DNA of 64,000 nt, from the NCBI GenBank assembly GCA_050246755.1, contig JBFWVL010000005.1:64001-128000 (forward strand), in the 5' to 3' direction. The position numbers were made by a program, and so were the translations under genes. Source of the DNA: Bacteriovoracia bacterium (GTDB taxonomy: Bacteria > Bdellovibrionota > UBA1018 > CAIPTA01). Shown here in pieces: positions 27,409 through 36,418 of the stretch. A model generated the notes under the pieces. It made no database searches. It was not told the origin of the DNA and worked only from the letters and a program-made list of their open reading frames with translations. Every line of letters starts with the position of its first letter. The first letter of the stretch is position 1.

Positions 27409-29177
27409 TCGGCGGCGTATTCACGACGGGCGGCACGGAGCAGGGTAAAATCTTGCTCCTCTTTTCGCAGCAGCGCATTTTCCACCACCAAGAGCTCAAT
27501 TCCCGAGCCGAGAAAACAGCGAAACGCGTCTTCGGGGGAAGTCACGATCGGTTCTCCACGCACGTTAAAACTCGTATTGATCAAGACCGGGCAGCCGGTT
27601 CTCGCAAAAAATAAGGTGAGCAGGCGGTGAAAGCGCGGATGCGTTTGCGCCGACACGGTTTGCAGCCGGGCCGACTGATCCACGTGGGTCACGGCGGGAA
27701 TTTGTCCGCGGTACTCCGGTTTCACTTCCGCGGTGAACATCATATAGGGGCTAGTTTTTTCCCAGGCGAACCACTTGTTCGCTTCTTCTTCGAGCACCGC
27801 CGGTGCGAAGGGACGAAACGATTCGCGGAACTTCACTTTCCTATTGAGCACGCTTTGCATCGCGGGGGAGCGGGGATCGGCGAGAATAGACCTGGCGCCG
27901 AGGGCCCGTGGGCCAAATTCCATGCGTCCTTGAACCCAGCCCACGGCTTTACCGCACACCAGCGCATTCACCGTTTCTTCGAGCAAGGCTTCTTCGGGCA
28001 ATCGATGAAAGCGGGCTCCTTCTGCTGCCAGCCGCTCGGCCACCTCGGCTTCGCTGTAAGAAGGGCCGAGCAGGGAGCCGCTCATCGAGTCCGCGCGGTT
28101 CACGCGCCGGGGCTGTTTCAGGTAAAGATAGTTTGCGGTCAGCGCGGCGCCCACGGCTCCGCCGGCGTCCCCGGCTGCCGGCTGCACCCAAATATTTTCA
28201 AAAATTCCCGCGCGCGCCAGCTTGCCATTCGCCACGCAGTTGAGCGCCACTCCACCCGCGAGGCAGAGATTTTTCATTTTGGTTTCTTGGGCCAGCGCCT
28301 TCGCGATCCGCAGTACTACTTCTTCAGTTACCGCCTGCACCGAGGCGGCGAGGTCCATGTGAGCCTGGGTAAGGGGGGATTCCGGAATTCGCGGCGCCAT
28401 TCCGAATAAAGTGGCGAAGCGGGCATTGGTCATGGAATCGCTGGTGCAGTACGAAAAATATTCCTGGTGAAGCCGGAAAGATCCATCGGGCTTGAGGTCG
28501 ATCAATTTTTCCAGGATCAGGTTCCGGTAGACTGGTTGGCCCAAAGGGGCGAGACCCATCACCTTGTATTCGCCCGAGTTCACGCGGAACCCGAGAAAAG
28601 CCGTAAAGGCGGCGTAGAGCAGGCCGAGGGAATGCGGGAAGTGAATTTCCTTCAGCACGCGCAGATCCGCCCCCGTTCCGATCGCCACGGAAGAAGTGGT
28701 CCATTCGCCCACGCCGTCGAGGGTAAGCACCGCGGCTTCGCCGAAGGGCGAAGGGAAAAAAGCGGAAGCGGCGTGGCTTAGGTGGTGCTCGGAGAAAAGC
28801 AGCTTCGTGCGCCAGTTGAATTCGGGATCGATGCGCTCGAATTCCTTTCCGAGGAGGTGTTTTTGGAAAAGCTTTTCCTTGATCCACGCCGGAAAGCTTT
28901 CCCGGAAGGAAGCGAAACCGCGCGGGGCCGTGGCGAGGTAGGTTTCCAGCAGTCTTTCGAATTTCAGAAAAGGCTTGTCGTAGAAAGCTACGTAGTCGAG
29001 CTCACTCAGCCGAATTCCACCTTCGCGCAGGCAGTAGGCGATGGCGTGGAGCGGAATGCGAGAATCGTGCTTCACGCGGGTGAAACGTTCTTCCTGGGCC
29101 GCGGCCACGATTTCTCCCTCTACCAGCAGCGCGGCGGCACTATCGTGGTAAAGGCCGGAGATTCCGAGGATCTTCAT
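27405..29177 (-). CDS. NodU/CmcH family O-carbamoyltransferase
   Basis: HDSAAAL, EERFTRVKHD, HHLSHAASAF, DGVGE, GEYKVMGLA, GGVALNC, EFGPRALGARS, RESFRPFAP, NTSFNVRGEP. Confidence 0.96.
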   Translation of the reverse strand: MKILGISGLYHDSAAALLVEGEIVAAAQEERFTRVKHDSRIPLHAIAYCLREGGIRLSELDYVAFYDKPFLKFERLLETYLATAPRGFASFRESFPAWIKEKLFQKHLLGKEFERIDPEFNWRTKLLFSEHHLSHAASAFFPSPFGEAAVLTLDGVGEWTTSSVAIGTGADLRVLKEIHFPHSLGLLYAAFTAFLGFRVNSGEYKVMGLAPLGQPVYRNLILEKLIDLKPDGSFRLHQEYFSYCTSDSMTNARFATLFGMAPRIPESPLTQAHMDLAASVQAVTEEVVLRIAKALAQETKMKNLCLAGGVALNCVANGKLARAGIFENIWVQPAAGDAGGAVGAALTANYLYLKQPRRVNRADSMSGSLLGPSYSEAEVAERLAAEGARFHRLPEEALLEETVNALVCGKAVGWVQGRMEFGPRALGARSILADPRSPAMQSVLNRKVKFRESFRPFAPAVLEEEANKWFAWEKTSPYMMFTAEVKPEYRGQIPAVTHVDQSARLQTVSAQTHPRFHRLLTLFFARTGCPVLINTSFNVRGEPIVTSPEDAFRCFLGSGIELLVVENALLRKEEQDFTLLRAARREYAAD

Positions 29178-29209
29178 GGGAAAGTTTTAACAGGGCGGCA
29201 TTCGGAAAG

Positions 29210-29359
29210 CTAAAACAACGTATAAATAAACGGCGACACCGCCGTGCCGCCCGCGAACACGATGAGGAATCCCATCACTAGGCTCACCACGATGATCGGC
29301 AACAGGAAAAGTTTTTTTCGCGTTTTCGCAAATTCCCAAAGCTCGGAAAAAAAATTCAT
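29210..29359 (-). CDS. DUF5989/SxtK-like small membrane protein (49 aa; not in ORF track)
   Basis: Manual translation MNFFSELWEFAKTRKKLFLLPIIVVSLVMGFLIVFAGGTAVSPFIYTLF. Confidence 0.9.
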   Translation of the reverse strand: MNFFSELWEFAKTRKKLFLLPIIVVSLVMGFLIVFAGGTAVSPFIYTLF

Positions 29360-29369
29360 TTCGTCTCCC

Positions 29370-29780
29370 TTAAAATTGGCGGTTCAGGTGCACGCCGGGG
29401 TTGGTATCCCCTTCGCGGGGGATCCAGTAAGAGGGAGCTCCGGGATCGGTTTTCCGGCGCAGGGGATCCTGGCGAAAAAAACGCTGGACCAAGCCAAAGG
29501 GCGTGAACAAGAAAAAATAAACCGCGCCGAGCGCCACCGGGCTCACGATGCGCTGGAGCAAGCGCCCAAATGCCAGCCATAGCCGATGGAGAGTTCCCAG
29601 GCTGGAAGGTTTTACCAGCGCCAGGAACACGAAGGCTAGGGCCACCCATAACCAAGGCAAGCGCGGGCTGCCGTGCCTCCACCAGGGAAGGAGCCCCAGG
29701 AGGGTAAAAAAAATGCCCATCACGAGGCCGAAGGCTTGGTCGGAGGATTTCGGTTCGTTTTCGGCGCGGTGGAGGCTCAT
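29370..29780 (-). CDS. SxtJ family membrane protein
   Basis: FGLVMG, W..FG..L..IVSP, FTPFGL, DPLRR, SYWIPR, C-terminal RQF. Confidence 0.9.
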   Translation of the reverse strand: MSLHRAENEPKSSDQAFGLVMGIFFTLLGLLPWWRHGSPRLPWLWVALAFVFLALVKPSSLGTLHRLWLAFGRLLQRIVSPVALGAVYFFLFTPFGLVQRFFRQDPLRRKTDPGAPSYWIPREGDTNPGVHLNRQF

Positions 29781-29887
29781 TTCTCCTAGGTTAGTCAGGA
29801 ATTCCCTACTTGGCTATAGCGCATGGCGGCGCGATGGGCTTGCTTATGGCTTCACAGCTTCCGCGAAGTGATTTATCGTTTCCCTCT

Positions 29888-31354
29888 ATGCAAAATCGGG
29901 AAACAGTTGCCTGCGATAATTTTATCGCGGGAAAGTGGGTTAAGGGCGCAGCGGGCGAGCGGGAAATTTTCTCCGCCCAAGACGGAACGAAGCTCGGTAC
30001 CTACAGCATTCCTTCCGCCGCTCAGGTAGACGAGGCGATCGCCTTCGCCGCCAAAGCCCAAAAAGAATGGGGAGCGCTTCCCATTAAGGAAAGATCCAAA
30101 GTTCTCTTCCACGCGCGGAATATACTCCAGCGCGAAGCCGACGCGATTTCCACGCTCAAAGGCTCCGAGTGCGGAAAAACTTTCGACGAAGGCAAAGCCG
30201 GCCTCATGAAGGGCATCGAAGTTTTGGAATACGCGCTCTCTATCCAGAATCTAGATCTCGGCGGCAAAGTAGAAGTTTCCCGCGGGGTAACCTGCGAGTT
30301 TCGCCGCGAAGCCCTCGGCGTGGTGGCCAGCATCACGCCCTTTAATTTCCCGGCCATGGTGCCGATGTGGACGATTCCCATCGCGATCGCGCTCGGTAAC
30401 GCCTATATCTGGAAGCCTTCGGAAAAAACCCCGCTCACCGCGCGGAAAATCGCCGAGGCTTTCGCCGAAGCCGGCCTCCCTCCCGGTATTCTCACCGTGC
30501 TTCACGGCACCGCCGATACGGTGAACCAGATCCTCGATCATGCCACCGTGAAGGCCGCCGCCTTCGTGGGTTCCACCAAGGTTGCGAAGCTCGTGTACCA
30601 ACGCGGAACCCAAGCCGGGAAACGGGTGCTTGCCCTCGGCGGCGCGAAGAACCATATTATTTTATTGCCCGACGCGAACCTCGAGCTGAGCGGCCCGGGA
30701 ATTTCCGATTCCTTCACGGGCTGTGCCGGCCAGCGGTGCATGGCCGCCTCGGTGGTGCTCGCCGTGGGAGATGTGGACGAGCATATCGCGCGCATCGTGA
30801 AGCGGGCGAGCTCCCTTACCATGGGGAAAGATCTCGGGGCGATCATCAGCCCGGAGCAGGTGGAGTTTTTGAAAGGCGCGATCGATCGGGCCGAGAAGGC
30901 GGGCGCGAAGGTGCTCCTCGATGGGCGCAAGGCCCGGCCGCCTAAAGAGCTCGAGGGCGGAAATTGGATCGGCCCCACCGTGCTCGATAACGTGAAGCCC
31001 GGATCGGAAGCCGCCACGGTGGAATTGTTCGGCCCGGTGCTGAGCATCGTGCGCTGCAAAGATCTTTCGCACGCGCTCGAGATCGAAAAATCTTGCGACT
31101 ACGGAAATGCCTGCAGCGTATTTACCTCGAGCGGCCCTCTCGCCGAGCGCGTGGCGCGCGAAGCCACCGCCGGGATGGTGGGCGTGAACGTGGGCGTGCC
31201 GGTTCCCCGCGAGCCCTTCTCGTTCGGCGGAATCAACGCCTCCAAATTCGGCCACGGAGATATCACTGGCGCGCATTCGCTGGATTTCTGGTCGAACCTG
31301 AAAAAAATTACGGTGAAATGGGAAAAACAAACCGAATCCAACTGGATGTCCTAG
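29888..31354 (+). CDS. mmsA: CoA-acylating (methyl)malonate-semialdehyde dehydrogenase
   Basis: ITPFNFPAMVPMW, KPSEK, FVGST, LGGAKNH, GCAGQRCMA, ELFGPV, GMVGVNVGVPVP; start could be 29846. Confidence 0.9.
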   Translation: MQNRETVACDNFIAGKWVKGAAGEREIFSAQDGTKLGTYSIPSAAQVDEAIAFAAKAQKEWGALPIKERSKVLFHARNILQREADAISTLKGSECGKTFDEGKAGLMKGIEVLEYALSIQNLDLGGKVEVSRGVTCEFRREALGVVASITPFNFPAMVPMWTIPIAIALGNAYIWKPSEKTPLTARKIAEAFAEAGLPPGILTVLHGTADTVNQILDHATVKAAAFVGSTKVAKLVYQRGTQAGKRVLALGGAKNHIILLPDANLELSGPGISDSFTGCAGQRCMAASVVLAVGDVDEHIARIVKRASSLTMGKDLGAIISPEQVEFLKGAIDRAEKAGAKVLLDGRKARPPKELEGGNWIGPTVLDNVKPGSEAATVELFGPVLSIVRCKDLSHALEIEKSCDYGNACSVFTSSGPLAERVAREATAGMVGVNVGVPVPREPFSFGGINASKFGHGDITGAHSLDFWSNLKKITVKWEKQTESNWMS

Positions 31355-31357
31355 CTT

Positions 31358-32623
31358 ATGAACAAACTCGAACCCAAAAAACGCTCGAACCACGTGATCC
31401 TCGCCTCGCATTCGAACTTCCGCTACAAAACTTCTTTGCCCATCAAATGGGGCGCCCGAGATCCCCTGGAGCGCGGGCCGGTGGTAGCTTCGCTCACCGA
31501 TCCAAAGGCCCGCAACGCGATCGGCACCCACAGCGGGAGTTATACGGTATACCGCGCGCTTTCGATCGCCAGCGGGAAGTTCGCGTCCACGCATAAACCC
31601 GATTTGCACAATACCCAGAGCCCCGTGAAGCTCGGCCCTTATCCGCAATGGTTCGATCCCAAGAAAATCGTTTCGCTGGATCCCTGGGGCCTCGATCCGC
31701 AGATCCATTTCAAAAAGCTCTACGAGAAGGGCCTCGATATCCGCCCCTCGATTTCGGTAACCCAGGCGCATCTGCAGATTCCCGAATTGGAAGACGCGAT
31801 CGCGAAGGGGCGGCTGAAGAAAGACGGAAAAATCATTCGCGAGAGCGGGGATATCTGCGTAACCAAAGTGGCGCTCGATCCCGTTTGGTACCTTCCGGGG
31901 ATCGCCGAACGGCTCAAGGTTACCGAAGGGGAGCTACGCCGTTTGCTGTTCCAGGAAACGGGCGGGATGTATTCCGATCTGATCACGCGGCCCGACCTTA
32001 AAGTTTGGCTGCCTCCGATCGGCTCTTCCACCGCGTATATTTTTGGCAACCCGCAGAACCTCGCCGACACGAAAGTGGAGCTTACCTGCCGCGTGCACGA
32101 CGAATGCAACGGCTCCGACGTATTCGGCTCCGATATCTGCACTTGCCGCCCCTACCTCATGTACGGCATCGAGGATGCCGCCCGCACCGCGCAGCGCGGG
32201 GGCGTGGGCATCATCGTTTACTACCGCAAAGAGGGCCGCGCCCTCGGAGAAGTGACGAAGTTTCTCGTGTACAATGCGCGTAAGCGCCAAGAGGGCGGGG
32301 ACACCGCCGCAACCTACTTCCGCCGCACCGAATGCGTGGCCGGTGTGGAGGACGCGCGCTTCCAGGAATTCATGCCCGACGTATTGCACTTCTTCGGGAT
32401 CAAGAAAATCCATAACCTCCACTCGATGAGTAACATGAAATACGACGCCATCGTGGGCGGCGGCATCAAAGTGGTGAACCGCATCTCGATTCCCGATAAT
32501 CTGATCCCCCAGGATGCCCAGGTGGAAATGGAAGCCAAGAAGGCGGCCGGCTATTTTACAAAAGAGAAAAGAAAATCGAAAGAAGAGCTGAAGAAGGTGA
32601 AGGGGCGCAAAATTGAAGAATGA
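31358..32623 (+). CDS. URC1-like GTP cyclohydrolase II family protein (N-terminal extension)
   Basis: IKWGA...RGPVVAS, RNAIGTHSGSY, PVWYLPGIA, RVHDECNGSDVFGSDICTCRPYL, RKEGRALGEVTK. Confidence 0.92.
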   Translation: MNKLEPKKRSNHVILASHSNFRYKTSLPIKWGARDPLERGPVVASLTDPKARNAIGTHSGSYTVYRALSIASGKFASTHKPDLHNTQSPVKLGPYPQWFDPKKIVSLDPWGLDPQIHFKKLYEKGLDIRPSISVTQAHLQIPELEDAIAKGRLKKDGKIIRESGDICVTKVALDPVWYLPGIAERLKVTEGELRRLLFQETGGMYSDLITRPDLKVWLPPIGSSTAYIFGNPQNLADTKVELTCRVHDECNGSDVFGSDICTCRPYLMYGIEDAARTAQRGGVGIIVYYRKEGRALGEVTKFLVYNARKRQEGGDTAATYFRRTECVAGVEDARFQEFMPDVLHFFGIKKIHNLHSMSNMKYDAIVGGGIKVVNRISIPDNLIPQDAQVEMEAKKAAGYFTKEKRKSKEELKKVKGRKIEE

Positions 32624-33830
32624 GCTGAGCCTTTCCCCGTCCGAAATTGATTTTATCCTTTCGCCCGCCGCGATTCGCGAGCGCGCGCAAAAACTATTTG
32701 CCCGCACCGAAGCGGCCCAGGGTGCTTTTGCGTATCACCCCGAAAAGCTTGCGTCCACCGTGAGCTACGTACTCGAAGTGATCCGAAAGAATTACCCTTC
32801 ACTGGAAATTCCCTTTCATTCCCGCTGGGGGCATTTCCGCGCCGGCGGCGTGGATCGCACCAAGCTTCTCAACGATAAGCTTGCTCCGCTCAAGCCTCTC
32901 GAGCGTGCCCGTGTGAAGATCGATCTCGTGATTCCCTCGGTACTTCTCGATGCTGGCGCCGGGCCGAGATGGAAATTTCGTGACCAAGACGACAAGTACT
33001 ACGGGCGTTCCGAAGGCCTTGGGCTCGCGAGTTTCTATATGTTTCTGGACGGCGCGATGAGCGCCACCGGCCGGGCGCTTCGCGCGGAAAAAGACGGGCT
33101 CAAGAACATCACCGCCGTTCAGCTCGAGAGAAGCTTCCAGGTAGACGAGCATAATCCGCTCGTGGGCGTGGAAGGCCGCGTGCAGTTGCTCAATAATCTC
33201 GCGCGCGCGCTTGAGAACAAGGAGATTTTCGCCAAGGGCCGCCCCGGCGACCTCGTGGATTATCTCCAAGGGAAATATGGGCAAGAAATTCCGGCCACTG
33301 GTTTGCTCCGCGCCGTGCTCGATGGGCTGGGGCCGATCTGGCCGGGAAGAATCGTGGCGAACGGCACCAACCTCGGCGACGTTTGGCGCCACTCCGCCCT
33401 CGGCGAGGGAATCGAGGCCCTCGTTCCTTTCCATAAGCTTTCGCAGTGGATGACCTATTCCCTCATTGAGCCCATAGAAGAGGCGGGCCTGAAAGTTACC
33501 GGCGTGGAAAATCTCACCGGCCTCGCCGAGTATCGCAATGGCGGGTTATTCATCGATTCGGGCTTGATCTCCTTCCGGAATCCCGGCGATGCCGAGAAAA
33601 CCTGGGCTCCCGATTCCGACCTCATCATCGAGTGGCGCGCCCTCACCGTGCACTTCCTCGATATCGTGGGCGCCGAAGTGCAAAAGGCCCTCGGAAAAAC
33701 TCCCCAGAACTTTCCTCTGGCGAAAGTGCTCGAGGGCGGAACTTGGTGGGCCGGGCGCTTCCTCGCGCAGAAGAACCGCGAGAGCGGCGAGCCCCCGATT
33801 AAAATTAAGAGCGACGGTACCGTTTTTTAG
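32613..33830 (+). CDS. URC4/urg3 family protein (DUF1688)
   Basis: IPFHSRWGHF, SVLLDAGAG, RSEGLGLAS, FHKLSQWMTYSL, LTGLAEYRNGGL, LEGGTW, SDGTVF. Confidence 0.93.
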   Translation: MKNELSLSPSEIDFILSPAAIRERAQKLFARTEAAQGAFAYHPEKLASTVSYVLEVIRKNYPSLEIPFHSRWGHFRAGGVDRTKLLNDKLAPLKPLERARVKIDLVIPSVLLDAGAGPRWKFRDQDDKYYGRSEGLGLASFYMFLDGAMSATGRALRAEKDGLKNITAVQLERSFQVDEHNPLVGVEGRVQLLNNLARALENKEIFAKGRPGDLVDYLQGKYGQEIPATGLLRAVLDGLGPIWPGRIVANGTNLGDVWRHSALGEGIEALVPFHKLSQWMTYSLIEPIEEAGLKVTGVENLTGLAEYRNGGLFIDSGLISFRNPGDAEKTWAPDSDLIIEWRALTVHFLDIVGAEVQKALGKTPQNFPLAKVLEGGTWWAGRFLAQKNRESGEPPIKIKSDGTVF

Positions 33831-33839
33831 GAAATAAAC

Positions 33840-34472
33840 ATGAAGAAAAATCTCATCCTCCTCGATCACCCTCTCCTTAAGCATAAGCTCGGCTACTTGC
33901 GCGATAAGAATACCCGCTCCGCCGAGTTCCGCGAGCTCGTGAAAGAAATCAGCCGTAGCCTGGCCTACGAGGCCATGAGCGATTGGACGGACATGGCCTC
34001 CGTTTCCATCGAGACACCGATCGCCCGCACCAAGGTGGACCGCATCCAGAATCCTCCCGTGGTGGTCTCGATCATGCGCGCCGGAAACGGGATGCTCGAT
34101 CCCGTGCTCTCGATGATCCCCTTCGCCTCGGCGGGCTTCATCGGGATTTACCGCGATAAGTTCATCAACAATACGGTGGAATACTATTTCAAGATGCCTG
34201 CCGACATCGCGGGGCGCCTCGCGATCCTCTGCGATCCCCTGGTTTCCACCGCCGATACCATGATCGCCGCCATCGATCGCCTGAAGAGCTACGAGGTGAA
34301 GAATATCAAGGTTCTATCGATCCTGATCTCGAGCTTCGCGGTGGAGAAAATCCACCATTTCCATCCCGACGTGCAGATCTTCGCTCTCGGCGTGGAAAAA
34401 GAAATCAACGAGCTCGGCTACCTCGTTCCCGGCCTAGGAGATGCGGGTGACCGGCTCTACCAAACCAAGTAA
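33840..34472 (+). CDS. upp: Uracil phosphoribosyltransferase
   Basis: HKLGYLRDKNT, IMRAGNGM, GFIGIYRD, DPLVST, YLVPGLGDAGDRL. Confidence 0.95.
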   Translation: MKKNLILLDHPLLKHKLGYLRDKNTRSAEFRELVKEISRSLAYEAMSDWTDMASVSIETPIARTKVDRIQNPPVVVSIMRAGNGMLDPVLSMIPFASAGFIGIYRDKFINNTVEYYFKMPADIAGRLAILCDPLVSTADTMIAAIDRLKSYEVKNIKVLSILISSFAVEKIHHFHPDVQIFALGVEKEINELGYLVPGLGDAGDRLYQTK

Positions 34473-35079
34473 GCCTTTTTTGCTAGGCGTGGCCGGCGGC
34501 AGCGGGTCGGGGAAAACCTTTTTCGCGCGCGCTTTGCGCGAACGGCTCGGCCCTCACGCCTGCGAAATTATTTATCAGGATAATTTTTATTTCGATCAAT
34601 CGAAACGTTTTGATTTCGACGGCGGCTCCGTGAACTTCGACCACCCTGACGCCATCGACTTCGCGCGCCTAGCTTTGAGCCTGCGCACTTTGAAGTCCGG
34701 CCAGGCTACCGAAATTCCCATCTACGATTTCAAGACGCATAGCCGCTCTCCGTCCACTTTACGCGTGGAGCCCCTGCGCGTGATCGTCACCGATGGTATC
34801 CTTATTTTTCACTCTTCCGAAGTGCGCGCGCTCTTCGACGAGCTAGTCTTTTTCGATACTCCCGAGGAACTGCGCTTTATGCGCCGTCTGGAGCGCGATG
34901 TGGCCGAGCGCGGGCGCACGCCCGAGGGCGTGAAGAATCAGTTTTATAAACAGGTGAAGCCCATGCATGATCAATTCGTGGCGCCCTCGAAGGAGTTCGC
35001 GCACCACGTGGTGATGGACATCGGAGGCTGCGATCAGGCGCTGGAGAGTTACTGTGAGAGACTCCGCGGCGGTGCCTGA
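34441..35079 (+). CDS. udk: Uridine kinase
   Basis: GVAGGSGSGKT, NFDHPDA, PIYDF, RRLERDVAERGR, VKPMHDQFVAPSK. Confidence 0.95.
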   Translation: MRVTGSTKPSKPFLLGVAGGSGSGKTFFARALRERLGPHACEIIYQDNFYFDQSKRFDFDGGSVNFDHPDAIDFARLALSLRTLKSGQATEIPIYDFKTHSRSPSTLRVEPLRVIVTDGILIFHSSEVRALFDELVFFDTPEELRFMRRLERDVAERGRTPEGVKNQFYKQVKPMHDQFVAPSKEFAHHVVMDIGGCDQALESYCERLRGGA

Positions 35080-35864
35080 AACCAGCCCGCCATCGAGCGC
35101 GCCTGGCAAGGCGCGTATTCGAATTTCGCCTTGAAGTCCCACTTCGCGAGATCAACGCGTGCCTCAACGGCATCCTCGTTCTTCATCCCGTGCAGGAAAT
35201 CCAATCGCGCAAATGCCTCGAGCTGATCCACGGGCATCGCGTAGCTCGCGGAAAGCTGATCGGCATCGGTCGGGATCAGGAGCGCCATCGCCTGGCCGGT
35301 TTGCGTGGCGAGCACTTTGTAAAAATATTTGGGTACGGCCACGTTGCCGCCGCCGATGGAATCGAGCCCGCCTTGCAGCACGGGGCCGGTGGTCACCCAT
35401 AGCCCGCCCGTTCGCATCGCCCACGCGCGCACGAGGCTTTCGAGACGGCTCCAGAGCCCGCGGTTAAATTTTGGCGGCTGCGGGCTGATATTCGAGAGCA
35501 GGAAGGATTCGTTCATCGCGTCGTCCGACCATTTATTGTCGCCCGCGGGGCTGAGATGCCCGCGGTCGAGGCCGGAGCCTTTATAGTCGCTGAGTTGCGC
35601 CGACTGTCCGCGCGGTACTTGGGGGTCGGGGCGGAAATTGCTCGGGCGATCGTAGCAATCCTGCAGTTGATCGGGGCCGAGGGAGTAAAATACCCAGTCG
35701 GATTGTTTATAGCTGGGATTGTAGGAGAGGGTAAGCGCGGTCTTTTTCAGCGCGAAGCTCCCCTCCGGAACGATCGGGGTGGGAGAACCAGCGGCGGCGT
35801 TGCCGGCGGCCAGCAAGAGAGCTAGCGCAAACGTCCGCGATATCCGTAACCATCCTTGGTGCAT
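35049..35864 (-). CDS. Secreted DNA/RNA non-specific endonuclease (NucA/EndoG type)
   Basis: Signal peptide; YKGSGLDRGHLSPA, SFLLSNISPQ, FNRGLW, VPKYFYKV. Confidence 0.95.
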   Translation of the reverse strand: MHQGWLRISRTFALALLLAAGNAAAGSPTPIVPEGSFALKKTALTLSYNPSYKQSDWVFYSLGPDQLQDCYDRPSNFRPDPQVPRGQSAQLSDYKGSGLDRGHLSPAGDNKWSDDAMNESFLLSNISPQPPKFNRGLWSRLESLVRAWAMRTGGLWVTTGPVLQGGLDSIGGGNVAVPKYFYKVLATQTGQAMALLIPTDADQLSASYAMPVDQLEAFARLDFLHGMKNEDAVEARVDLAKWDFKAKFEYAPCQARSMAGWFQAPPRSLSQ

Positions 35865-35928
35865 CGGAACCTCTTGTCACCAGTGTAGCAAGGCGAAGCC
35901 AGAAAGATAGGTTAGGATTTAGTTATAG

Positions 35929-36289
35929 TTAAAAATAGTGGTTAATCTGCGGCACCGCGTGCTGCGCGCCCAGGCCCACTTGCTGGGCTTCCTTGCCTTT
36001 GCCGTTAGCAAGGCCGATGCAGTGGTCGAAGAATAGTAGTCGTGGAAGGATTTCTCGTCGAGCGAGCCGTTTTTTACGGCTTTCGCGGCCGCGAAGGAGA
36101 GGCCGAATTCACAGGCGTCTTTCCATGGGCGGGCGAAGGTGGCTACGTCGAGTGTATTCTTCGCGCCTTCGCCGTTCACAAAGTCTTACGATTGCCGCAG
36201 TATTTGTCGACGATCTAGTCGTAGGCCGGAATGGCCAAGGCATTCTGACGAAAAAGCAACACGGCAGCCGGTAAGGAGAGAGTTCTCAT
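35929..36289 (-). pseudogene. Degraded gene for a small secreted protein
   Basis: RBS+ATG, signal-like MRTLSLPAAVLLFRQNALA, in-frame TAG at codon 25, then two apparent frameshifts joining ...DFVNGEGAKNTLD... and ...FFDHCIGLANGKG...NHYF*. Confidence 0.45.
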
Positions 36290-36384
36290 TCCTTCCTGAT
36301 CGTAGCTAAGTTGCTTGCTCTTGAGCTAGGTCAAAATACTTACACGGAAGCGCTAAGGTTTGGAAATCTTGCATGAACTTACAT

Positions 36385-36411
36385 TAAGCCGAGCCGGTTC
36401 TCTGCCGAAGA
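36385..36411 (+). promoter_or_regulatory. FliA (sigma28)-like promoter
   Basis: TAAG-N15-GCCGAAGA directly upstream of ATG 36419. Confidence 0.45.
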
Positions 36412-36418
36412 GTAGCCA

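Noticed and set aside
27405-29780. Saxitoxin biosynthesis
   Set aside because: No sxtA, sxtG or other core genes in the window; the IJK-like triad is widespread
31358-32623. Riboflavin ribA
   Set aside because: Long N-terminal extension and URC4/upp neighbours indicate the URC1 subfamily
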